Source of the DNA: Toensbergia leucococca
Taxonomy: Eukaryota
Reading direction: 5' to 3'
DNA length: 25,049 nt
NCBI GenBank assembly: GCA_022813965.1
Contig: JALDZS010000042.1
Coordinates: forward strand, 124,001-149,049
Both the position numbers and the translations under genes were made by a program. The notes below the pieces were generated by a model. The model was not told where the DNA came from, did no database searches, and was given only the letters and a program-made list of their open reading frames with translations. Positions 1 through 10,564 of this stretch are shown here, in pieces (positions within the stretch are counted from its first letter, which is position 1; each line of letters begins with the position of its first letter).

Positions 1-1
1 C

Positions 2-1294
2 ACCCGAGATCTTGGCGAGATGCTCATAAAACTTCAGGGACGTGACTTTAGTTGCGAATACAAGTATGACGGGCAACGAGCTCAGGTTCATTGCGATGAA
101 ACAGGCAATGTTTCGATTTTCTCGAGGCATTTAGAAGTCATGACCGACAAATATCCGGATCTCGTTGCTCTAGTACCCAAAATTAGGGGCGAAGGAGTTA
201 GCAGCTTTATTTTAGAAGGAGAGGTTGTCGCTGTCGATCGTGAATCGGGAGACCTGAAGGCTTTTCAGACCCTTACCAACCGAGCTAGGAAAGACGTCGC
301 CATCAGCTCCATCAAAGTCGATGTCTGCCTTTTCTCATTCGACTTAATGTATCTTAACGGAGAGGAGCTATTGGATAGGTCATTTCGCGAACGGCGGGAA
401 CTTCTGCGTAGTCTTTTTATCGAAATTCCTAATCAGTTCACCTGGGTCCAGAATATAGATGCTACGTCTTCCGACTCAGAGACTGTTCTTGAATTCTTTA
501 AAAGCGCTACGAATATCAAGTGTGAAGGTATCATGGTTAAGATCCTCGATAATGTCTCCAACGCAGCCTTGCATCTACCAGCGGAGAACGAAGAAATCCC
601 TATCGAATCTCGTATGCCCACGCCTTCCAAATCCAACAGAAAGACCAAAATCAAGGCTTCGGCTGCCGAGAAGTCGCAAGAAAAAGAAAAGCACACCCGC
701 CGTAAAGCTCTTCTTTCCACTTATGAGCCAGACAAACGTCTCGACTCATGGCTCAAGGTGAAGAAAGACTACAACACCGCTGCAGATACACTTGACCTCA
801 TCCCTATTGCTGCGTGGCATGGACAAGGCCGAAAAGCCAAATGGTGGTCGCCGATTCTTTTGGCAGTGCGGAACCCTGACACAGGTTTTTTGAGTGCGGT
901 CACAAAATGCATCAGTGGTTTTACGGATAAATTCTATCAGGCCAACAAGGAGAAATACGCCGAAGGAAGTGAAAACATTATATCTCGGCCGGGATACGTA
1001 GATTACAACGGTCATCCAGATGTTTGGTTTGAACCGCAGGAAGTGTGGGAGATGGCGTTTGCAGATATCACCAAGAGCCCTACATATCCGGCTGCGATGG
1101 GACTGGTGTGCGAAGACCGGGGATTAAGCATGAGATTTCCAAGATTTCTCAAAGTTCGAGAGGATAAAAGCATCGAGGAAGCAAGTACTGCCGATTTCCT
1201 GGCAGGTCTATGGAGAAAGCAAGAGGCAAGAGTCAAATCTGGTGATCGGCCTAGCCCTTCGACTAACGTTATGGGGGATGATGAAGATGATTGA
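2..1294 (+). CDS. ATP-dependent DNA ligase I family, C-terminal part (5' end lies outside the window); probably the second fungal Lig1 paralogue (Adl1/'ligase 3'-type) rather than Cdc9
   Basis: The frame is open from base 2 (TRDLGEMLIKLQG). Ligase motifs present: I CEYKYDGQRAQ (adenylated Lys), III ILEGEVV, IIIa FSFDLMYLNG, IV CEGIMVK, V WLKVKKDY, VI MRFPRFLKVREDK. The paralogue call is an inference from WWSPILLA and the insertion after motif IV. Confidence 0.93.
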   Translation, partial: TRDLGEMLIKLQGRDFSCEYKYDGQRAQVHCDETGNVSIFSRHLEVMTDKYPDLVALVPKIRGEGVSSFILEGEVVAVDRESGDLKAFQTLTNRARKDVAISSIKVDVCLFSFDLMYLNGEELLDRSFRERRELLRSLFIEIPNQFTWVQNIDATSSDSETVLEFFKSATNIKCEGIMVKILDNVSNAALHLPAENEEIPIESRMPTPSKSNRKTKIKASAAEKSQEKEKHTRRKALLSTYEPDKRLDSWLKVKKDYNTAADTLDLIPIAAWHGQGRKAKWWSPILLAVRNPDTGFLSAVTKCISGFTDKFYQANKEKYAEGSENIISRPGYVDYNGHPDVWFEPQEVWEMAFADITKSPTYPAAMGLVCEDRGLSMRFPRFLKVREDKSIEEASTADFLAGLWRKQEARVKSGDRPSPSTNVMGDDEDD

Positions 1295-2366
1295 AGATAC
1301 AAACAAGAAAATCCATAGTCGAGGCTGAGAGGTTGTTCGGATTTAAATACCGGAAGCGTGACTGACACTTATGCTGAATGTAAATACGCTACCCACGGAG
1401 ATTCCAAAATACCATATGACAATCACAAATACAATATAGAAGGCTTGATTACCAAATCCGTGCATGAGTATGTTATGGTATTTTGAGACTCGTCAGAAAT
1501 TGTCCAGATTGGGCAAGCCTCACCATTCGAACATGAGGGAGGGAAGGGTTTTGGCCAGACTTCAGGGGGCGGATGTTAGTTTCATGCGGAATAAGCGAGT
1601 TTCGTATGGCTCATTGATTGCTGACAGCTTACGGAGTAGAATACTCTGTATTATCCGTGCGCCGTACGGTTATGATCTTAGAATTACCTTAAGGTCATAC
1701 CTTAGGTAGGTACCTATGTACCTTACTCATATTTTGATGTGGGTTACGTTTAATTACATCAGAAGCTCAATAGTACCTATTCTATTTAAAGGTGGAGAAC
1801 CAATGAATCGTCAATGCCATCCGGAAACTGGTATTCGGTATCTACCTATGCGATTGCGGGGAGGTCTTGGCCCATTTAGTGGCAACGCCAAGCAATCTGC
1901 CCTGCAGCGTCTAAATAGACAGTAGTCCTTCGTAGGCACGGGTACTAGAACAGTACCTCGTCCGGAATTCCTCTGCTCTTGCTGTCCACCCATTATCCAA
2001 GCCTGCTGTTGGCTAGCGTATTGCCGACAGACAGTATTACCTCTGCCGATACCAGTACAATTCCAGCAACTCAGAGCTGGGACTTGCTTGACACCCTCTA
2101 TCAGTCGCATCCCAAGTCACTCTCTCTCGTATAGAGAATCCTAGAGACTACCCTAAACCTGCCTTTCATCCAACATTCTTGGTTGAAGACTTTGTTGAGT
2201 CGGGCTCCTCGTGTCGCTGTCCTGTACTTGTCCCCAGACTTTGCGCAATCTTCAGGCTTCCCAGCCAATGTAGAACGATGCCATCCGGGTACAGTCGCCA
2301 GTTCACTCACAGCTGCATCTCGAGCCACGGGATTCTTTCGGAGCATTCTCACATCTACAATTCGCG

Positions 2367-5300
2367 ATGGACCAACCCAACGTTGGCAACATGAATTCAT
2401 ACTATGGCAATTATGGCAAAACATACTCGGCAGATGATATGCAGCGGGTGGCGGATAGGAACAATCGCGATGCCATGACCGACATGATGGTCTCGAACGG
2501 CATGGATCCCTCCCACATGGTTGGAGGGCAGACTCTGGACGAGATCATCAACCAAAATAATAAAGAGATGCAGCGTCGAAGGAGCTACCATCAGCCCAAT
2601 GCGTATGGCTCCAGGGGGGTAGAAAATGATTCAAGAAGGTCGTCAATGATGGAGTTTGGATCAGGAAATAGCGATGATCTGGATGGCTTCCAATTCGATC
2701 CGCCACCAGTCCAGACTAGGAACGATATGCAACGTCCCAACAATATATTGCAGCGGAGAATCGACAGTCAAAGAGCTAGGCATGGAGAATCGGCAGATAA
2801 CCTCGCACTGAATACCAATTTCCATAACTACGGTCCAGATCTCAACCCACACCCTTCCAATTCACCATATCAGCACCCCTCATCCTCACCGTACCACCGA
2901 ACCCTGAATCCTTCCGAGTCTCTTGGCATCGACGTGACATCTTACAACATGCAGAACGATATGCTTATGGGCATGGAATATCCTGTGGGCTCCTTGGACC
3001 AGCAAGACACAAGCGGGAATGTCACACCGATCAATATGTTTGCACGGAATAATTTTGTACCAGATCTTACTGCATCACCAATACAGCAAACGCTTTCCAA
3101 CCCTACACAGGGTCGAGTGCAAGATCCAGGCGGCGGCGACGGACAAGGCGCTGTCGATAAGGTCCCCAATATGCAAGTGTCAGATCAGATGCAGAATTTG
3201 CAAGTCAACTTTGCGCAGCCGTCGGTACCAATATCAAGTTCAAGTCCTGTAGATCAGTCACAGGGCACAATGGACACAAAATTATTGTCAAAACCTCAGC
3301 AGAATATCAATTTAGATTCATCATTCGGCCCGACGGGAATGACGTTCACGACAAGCGATTCGACACAGGATGCGGACGGGACATCGTCGACCTTTGCACA
3401 GTACCGCAACGTATACTCTTCCACAGGGTTTGATATGCTTGGGGTGCTCATGCGTGTTGCTACGCGACCCAATCCCCAGATCAATATTGGAGCTGTTGAT
3501 ATGTCATGTGCGTTTGTCGTGTGCGATGTCACCCAACATGACATCCCCATTGTCTATTGTTCAGATGTCTTCGAGCGTCTAACTGGCTACTCGAGACATG
3601 ATATCCTCGGGAGGAATTGTCGTTTTTTGCAGGCCCCTGATGGCAAAATCCAGGCTGGAATCAAACGAAAATACGTCGATGATCAGGCCGTATTGAGGAT
3701 TAAGAATAAGATAAGTCAGAGACAGGAGACGCAAATCAGCCTGATAAATTATAGGAAAGGGGGTCAACCTTTTATGAACCTACTGACCATGATACCTATT
3801 ACGTGGGATACCGATGAGATCAAGTACTTTGTTGGGTTTCAAGTCGATCTTGTGGAACAGCCGACATCAATAACAAACAAGAACCCAGGTCCGTCAATGT
3901 CTCCTTTTCTCAAGTGTTAGGACTTCGCTAATTCTAGTCTAGATGGATCGTATACGATCAACTACCAACGTGGTTTATTGCCAAGATACGTTTTCCAGTC
4001 GCCCGAGAACAATATTCAACAGAATTCGGAGCTGGGTCAAACTATTGGCCGAGATGAAGTCTCTACCGTTCTAAGTACTATTGGCACCGGTGAATCTGAG
4101 CTGTCTAAGCGCATATGGGACAAAGTACTTCTCGAGAACACTGATGATGTCGTCCATGTGCTATCACTGAAAGGCCTCTTCCTGTACCTCTCGCCTTCGA
4201 GTCGGAAGGTCTTGGAATACGACCCTAGTGAGCTTGTTGGCACCGCACTGTCTTCTGTATGCCATCCCAGCGATATCGTACCGGTCACACGAGAACTCAA
4301 AGACACTTCAACCGGGGCCGCTGTCAACGTCGTCTTCCGAATACGTCGAAAACACAGTGGTTATACATGGTTTGAGAGCCATGGGTCGTTGCACACAGAG
4401 CAGGGAAAGGGTCGAAAATGTATTATCTTAGTAGGCCGAGAACGACCTGTCTATGCACTGGCACGTAATGATATTGTCTCCGTTGGGGGCATTGGTGAAA
4501 GCGAGCTATGGACTAAGATGTCGACCTCTGGAATGTTCCTCTTCGTCTCCTCGAGCGTGCGGAGCCTTCTCGATCGGCAGCCTGATGAATTGGTGGGTAC
4601 AAGCGCACAAGCTCTGATGCGGGCAGACTCAAAGGTTGCATTTGGACGAAGGCTAGAGCTAGCAAGAAGTGGCATTCGAGCTACTTTTAAACACGATGTA
4701 CAGAATAAACGAGGACAGACTCTCCAGGCGCAGACGACCATCTATCCTGGTGATGCAAGTGAGGGACAGAAGCCAACATTTTTAGTCGCTCAGACGCGGC
4801 TGCTGAAGCTGTCTCGTAATGTGTCCATGTCGAATCGGCAAGCATCCAACACATCACCAAGAACCGATCAAGCGTCTGCAGGCTCCATATCGCCTTCCAG
4901 TGTCAAATCTGCCGGTACCCAAATTTCTCATCAGACTACACCGAAATCGTCGCACTCAAGTGGCCATAGCGAAGGGATTACTACTCAGGCAGGTGGGAAT
5001 GGCCTGGCTATTGGTAACCAGCACGAGGCACTGGCATCGGAGGAGAACCTCTTCGACGAGCTCAAGACAACCAGAAGCACTAGCTGGCAGTTTGAGCTCC
5101 GACAAATGGAGAAGCGCAACAGACTGCTGGCAGAAGAGTTGCAGAGTCTACTTTCCAACAAAAAGAAGAGGAAGCGAAGGAACATGGGACAAATGCAGAA
5201 AGATTGTGCCAACTGCCATACTCGCGTGACACCTGAATGGCGACGAGGCCCCAGCGGCAATCGAGATTTGTGCAATAGCTGTGGGTTACGATGGGCCAAG

Positions 5301-5952
5301 GAGGTTAGTTGTCAGTTCTTCGAATGTCAGGTACACTTGCCACCATGTTGGGATTGCTCTGCCGAATCGTGGTCTTTTGCGCTCAGCCGCTATAACTTGC
5401 TCAGACATTACCTGTCAAAAACACAAGCTCTTGTCTATCGCATCGCCTTCTTCGCTTTCGTCTAGGCACGAGTTCTCTTTTCGTAAATCCATCCAATTCA
5501 ATATTTTGGTCTGCGTGTTTCTGTCTCACAAAGAGAAGTTTGATTCCGATTTTCATCGCTGATCATCATATATCATTTACCGTTTCTTACCATGTCTTTT
5601 GGCAGCAGTGGCCTTGAAATTACATGTTTTGCCTGATGCCTAAAGCCGGGTTCATTGCTGATCAGGGCATTCACAGAACGGCCGTGTATCACCTCGTACG
5701 ACGTCTCAATTAGGCGACAAACAAGCAGCGTCACAATCCCGTCCGGCGAAGGCAGGCACGAACGACATGCCGCCTCTATCAAATCCTATCGGGCCACAGG
5801 ACAAAGTAACGCCACAAGCTGCAAACACCGAGTCACATAATGCCAAGACGGCGCGGATGGAGGCGACGGCATCACAAGGATACGGCGGAGGCATCCCGGC
5901 CAAGATAGAAGAGGGCGATGAAGCGGGCGACACAACAATGGCGAAGAACTGA
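2367..5952 (+). CDS. wc-1: White Collar-1 (LreA) blue-light photoreceptor / GATA transcription factor; exons 2367-3888, 3943-5303, 5677-5952; ~1052 aa
   Basis: LOV domain with photoactive GRNCRFLQ, two further PAS domains, a basic KKKRKRR segment and a GATA finger CANC-x18-CNSC. Introns 3889-3942 (GTCCGT..CTAAT..TAG) and 5304-5676 (GTTAGT..CTGAT..CAG) restore NKNPDGSY and GLRWAKENGRVSPR in frame. Confidence 0.96.
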
Positions 5953-6477
5953 AGGTCGGTACAGGAAACATTTCCGGAAGAACGGGGCACTTTGTGGTGG
6001 ATGTGTTCTCTGTTATATACCATGATTTTTCGGGCGATCTAGGGGTTTGGCTGCAGTATTTGGGGATAGCGAATTATGTGTTCCAAGTATTGAGGTTCTT
6101 GTACAGCGTTAGGATTTTTAGAGAGTTAACTGCAGCAGCGGAAGTGATGAGTAGGGAGAGTGGATACTTTGCGTAGTCAACAATGACGGACAAGAACATG
6201 GGAATTGTGATATTGATAGGCCAAAGCCTGACTTTGGTAAAGCTATTTAAGCTCTCAGCTAATGACATTAATGGCACTGAATGAATTTCCTAATATACAT
6301 GATACGTCGGTAGATGGATAAGACACGTTTGATTGCCCTATCCTGAGTCTCCCTACCTTACCTCGGTCTCACTTTGGACTCGAGAGGATAGACTTGGGTA
6401 TTGACGTTTGCATTCCATGACTAGCAGAGCGACAAGGCCTTCAACTTCAGACACTATGCTCAATTGACGGCGCAAGC

Positions 6478-7442
6478 ATGGAGGACGACAATCGAATATC
6501 CATTACTATCTGTGGAGACGGTGGATGCGGTAATTCATAATCACTCCCGAGCAACTACTCTCGTCAGCTCACCAACTAAATCATTTCTCCCAGGTAAATC
6601 GTCCATCACACTCCGACTCGTGCGAAGCCAATGGACTCACGAGTAAGCTTCATCCCAAAGCCCCCACCCCATCAACCTCCACAACACTGACCCCCAACGC
6701 GAAAGATACGATCCTACCATAGGTACCAACCCCCACGCCGATATCCCACTCCACCCCCACCTAACATGTCCTGCCCACATCAGAGGACTCTTACTCGGTA
6801 ACTCGCAACATCGATGGTCAAGCCTACTACCTCTCCCTTACCGACACCGCTGGCCAAGAAGAATACCGCGGTCTCTGGACAGCCTCCAATTTACGCTCTG
6901 ATGCATTCCTCCTTGTCTACGACATCACTTCTGCACCTTCTCTACCAGCCCTCACCCCCTTTCTTCAACTCATCGACATGGAGTCGGACCATCGGCTGGA
7001 TTCTGGTGACGGTTTTCAACCCATCAAGATTGTCGCCGGTAACAAGTGCGATTTGAAGGACTCAAGAGTGGTGAGTAGTCGGGAGGGGCTCGAGTGGGCC
7101 AGGGCTCGGGGCTGTGGATTCATGGAAACAAGTGCAAGGGAGATGGTGAATGTCGAGGAAACATTTGCGCGTATGTGTTTCTTCATTCCGAACAAACATC
7201 AGGTTTCAATTGGTCGATTGGCTAATTGAGCCCATGCCTCAGTCATCGTTCGTCGGGTCATAGCTGCTCGCCGCCAGCATGCCTCTGGAACTGGCCCCAC
7301 AGTAGCCCCGCCGCTCAGGAGCAATACGTACACACAATCGTTCATACGCTTAGATGAGAAAGCAGGAAGCGTAGACTTAGTGGAGCGACCTGGAGCAGGA
7401 ACGAAAAGGGGTGGATTCTGGGCAAGGTTGAGATGTTGGTAA
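6478..7442 (+). CDS. Ras-family small GTPase, atypical with no CaaX; exons 6478-6529, 6594-6642, 6706-6722, 6784-7170, 7243-7442; ~234 aa
   Basis: The spliced product has G1 GDGGCGKS, G2 YDPTIEDSY, G3 DTAGQEEY, G4 NKCD and G5 ETSAR. All four introns are GT-AG with branch-like motifs. The protein ends GGFWARLRCW*. Confidence 0.92.
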
Positions 7443-7920
7443 GATAGAGGGGCTACGTTGCTTTTCAGCGGGTCTTTGATTGGAAATGGGTGTGGCTGTG
7501 GAAACACAGGCACAGAATTGACGGATTGTATAACAGTAATGTATATATTAATTTGGACAGCAGCCGGTAGGTCTGTCTTGTATTTATGTTGGCTAAGTAT
7601 GAATGGCTTAGTAGCAAGGTTACTACTACTGGCAAGGACTTACAACCTTAAGGCACTACCTACTATCCAGCAAATAAAGTCACTGAATGGTCTGGTGAAT
7701 AGTATCAGTGAGATGGGCACTTTCATTATCGAATAATTTTAGGACGTCTGCACATGTTCTATTGTAATTTGTAATATATACGAGTAGAAATACCTATACC
7801 AACAACTTCCCTTGTAGCGTCATCCATTTCGACCAATGTATCCATCTGTCCAGGAAAATCTAGACGCAGCATCAGTGCAATCTTCAACCGCGTCATAATC
7901 AGAGTCCTTTTTCCTTAGCT

Positions 7921-9233
7921 ATGGCTTCCGCCCACGGCTCAGTCTCACACCTTCTCCCTCCATCATATAAACGCATGGTATCCGCATGGCTCGAGGAAGA
8001 TTGTCCCAACTTCGATTATGGCGGCTTTGTCGTTGGCGAGAAGGCCGGTGAAGCAAGACTTTTAGGGAAGAGCCCGGTAGGTCTTGGTATTGATTTCGTT
8101 TTTTTATATGAAAAGAGGGGGAGGGGGAGGGAGAGAGGGAGTTTCTTTGTACTGCTTGTACTGGTCTGTTTGATACACTGCGTCATCCTGTGCTGCATCA
8201 TGTTGAAGTACTTTGCGGCTTGTTTCAAGTGCATTTGAGAGAGATACTGCCGTTGTTTGCTTTTCTCATATATCATTGATTTATTATATATACACTTCTC
8301 TCCTTTCCCCCAACCAGACCATCTCTGATCGAAAATCTCCTTCAGGGCATCGTAGCCGGTGTTCCTTTTTTCGATGAAGTCTTCAACCAACTGGACTGCA
8401 CGTATGTCTTGCAGCACCTTCCCTTCATCACCTCTATCCTTTTCATACAACACGACCACCATGTCCGCACATAGCTGACACGATCATTACAGCGTTGAAT
8501 GGCACATCCAAGAAGGCGAGTCCTTTGACCCAATCAAGCACTGCGCCACCGTCAAAGGGCCAGTGCGAAAGATCCTACTCGGCGAGCGTGTAGCCCTCAA
8601 CACACTAGCAAGATGCTCCGGCATAGCAACCAAGTGCGCCAATCTCCAAACTTCCCCAAACCGCCCTTCCCTAACCCATTCGCCCCTCTCTCTCCCACAA
8701 ACAGATCCGCACGCCTCCTCTCCCTCATCCACTCCGCCGGCCACGCCAACACCATCCTCGCCGGCACCCGCAAAACCACCCCAGGCTTCCGCCTCGTCGA
8801 AAAATACGGCCTCCTCATCGGTGGCTGCGACCCGCACCGCCACGACCTCAGCGCCATGACCATGCTCAAGGACAACCACATCTGGGCCGCCGGCTCCATC
8901 ACCCGCGCCGTGCACGCCGCCAAAGCGGCCGGCGGCTTCGCGGTCAAGGTGGAGGTGGAGTGCCAGAGCGAGGCCGAGGCAGATGAGGCGGTTGCGGCCG
9001 GGGCGGATGTGGTTATGTTGGATAATTTTACGGGGGAGGGGGTTCAGGTGACGGCGAGGGGGTTGAGAGAAAGGTGGCGGGGGAAGGGGAGAGAGTTTTT
9101 GATTGAGGTTAGTGGGGGATTGACGGAGGAGAATGTGGGGGGATTTGTGTGTGGAGATGTGGATGTTGTTAGTACGAGTAGCATTCATCAGGGGGTTCAG
9201 CATGTGGATTTTTCGTTGAAAATTACACATTGA
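7921..9233 (+). CDS. BNA6: Nicotinate-nucleotide pyrophosphorylase (carboxylating) / quinolinate phosphoribosyltransferase; exons 7921-8076, 8346-8401, 8493-8633, 8705-9233; ~293 aa
   Basis: Motifs [69 protein letters not shown] and DFSLKI. Three GT-AG introns join the exons in frame. Confidence 0.96.
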
Positions 9234-9253
9234 TATTGCCTTTTTGTTTTTCT

Positions 9254-9791
9254 GGCTACTGATAATCCTACACCCCATTTTGATACATCTACACCTCCCC
9301 CCCTAGCGCCCGGGCGTAAGATCACGGAGGGAAAACTCACGATTTCACACCACGTTTGCACTTGATTCTCTACCTCTATTGCATGCCATCTACCTCCTCA
9401 ATTGCGTGCCATTTAGTAGCAAGCTTTACCTAGGGAACCTTCATGCTTTTCTACCTCATCTTGACTTGATTTTCCACTTCATTCTGACTCAATTTTCGCA
9501 CCCCAATCTGACTCAATTTCCTCTGGATAACAGAGTATTTCATGATTTTTGGAAGGAGGTAGATGAGCTTGCAAAATCATGATGTTTTTACGCCCTAGGG
9601 GGGAGGGGTGATCGTGGCGCCCCGGGATGGCACGCAAATTAGAATAAGTAAACGGCTTGTAAAGGTGGTGGGGAATCGAGGCAAGATGTGGTGCAGAATG
9701 ATAAGATTTCCCTCGGTAATCTTGCGCCCGAGGGAGGGTGTGTCGATGTATTCTACGAGTAGCAAGAAGGGGTGTCGGAATAGCAGGAGCC
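9254..9791. mobile_element. Non-autonomous long-TIR (Mutator-like/foldback) element, copy 1
   Basis: The left arm (ggctactgataatcctacacccc...cgggcgtaagatcacggagggaaa...tcacaccac) is the imperfect reverse complement of the right arm ~9670-9791 (gtggtgcagaatg...tttccctcggtaatcttgcgcccg...ggggtgtcggaatagcaggagcc). There is no coding capacity and no clear TSD. Confidence 0.7.
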
Positions 9792-9832
9792 AAAAAAAAA
9801 GCGGAAATGAAATTTTTTTTTCAATATAGAAA

Positions 9833-10217
9833 GGGTGTTGATGCGCAATACAACCGAGGGAAAATCTATCATTTCGCACCACATCTTAACCTGATTCCCT
9901 ACCACATTTGCAAGCCATTTACTTGTTCTATTTGCGTGTCATCTAGAAGCCAAATTACCTAGGAGAAAAACCATGCTTTTGTACCGCATCCTGACTTGAT
10001 TCCCTCACCCCCGGGCGCAAAAATCATGATTTTGCAAGCTATCTACCTCCTTCCCAAAGCATGAAATACTCTGTTATCCACAGGCACGGTGACGTTCACA
10101 TTCACGGGGGATTTGAGGCAAACTGTGGTGCAGAATGATCATATTTCCCTCGGTGATATTGCGCCCGAGTGGGGGGGTGTCCTTGTATCAAAAGGGGGTG
10201 TCCTGGTATCAATTCCC
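9833..10217. mobile_element. Non-autonomous long-TIR (Mutator-like/foldback) element, copy 2 (left TIR internally deleted)
   Basis: The left end gggtgttgat|gcgcaatacaaccgagggaaa...gcaccaca pairs with the right arm ~10107-10217 (tgtggtgcagaatg...tttccctcggtgatattgcgcccg...ggggtgtcctggtatcaattccc). Both flanks share tagaaa, a possible eroded TSD. Same family as copy 1. Confidence 0.68.
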
Positions 10218-10564
10218 TAGAAAAAAACAAAAACATGTTTTCTTGAAACGTTCATGTCAAATGTGACAACACATGTGTCAAATCTCTCCATCTACCAAAT
10301 CCTCCATTTTGTGCATTCAACAACAATAACAGTGTGCATACACGTGAGCTAAAGCTCAGAATTTCGACCGTGGTTCAAAGCTGTTGGGGCTTAGATATCG
10401 TAGATAGATGAGTAGAGGTAGGGGTTTATCTAGGCAGGGTCGAGCTCTGATGTCCCGTATCCAAGAAATGAGGAGCCTTCAGCCTCAAGCAACACAAATC
10501 CCCCAACACGCACACCAACTTCAACTTCAGCCACACATCCCCATCCCCAATCAAACCCACTCAA

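Noticed and set aside
1675..1730. Cluster of short palindromes (accttaaggt, taggtaccta) upstream of wc-1
   Set aside because: TAGGTA/TACCTA-type low-complexity motifs are common in fungal intergenic DNA, and no specific function can be supported.
8487..9278. 263-aa antisense ORF over BNA6
   Set aside because: It is a shadow of the GC-skewed coding strand, runs through BNA6 intron sequence and has no recognisable motifs.
9254..10217. Short ORFs in the repeat array as a transposase, or the array as CRISPR/tRNA/rRNA
   Set aside because: There are no DDE or zinc-finger motifs, the repeats are long, inverted and degenerate rather than repeat-spacer, no tRNA or rRNA signature is visible, and the context is eukaryotic.
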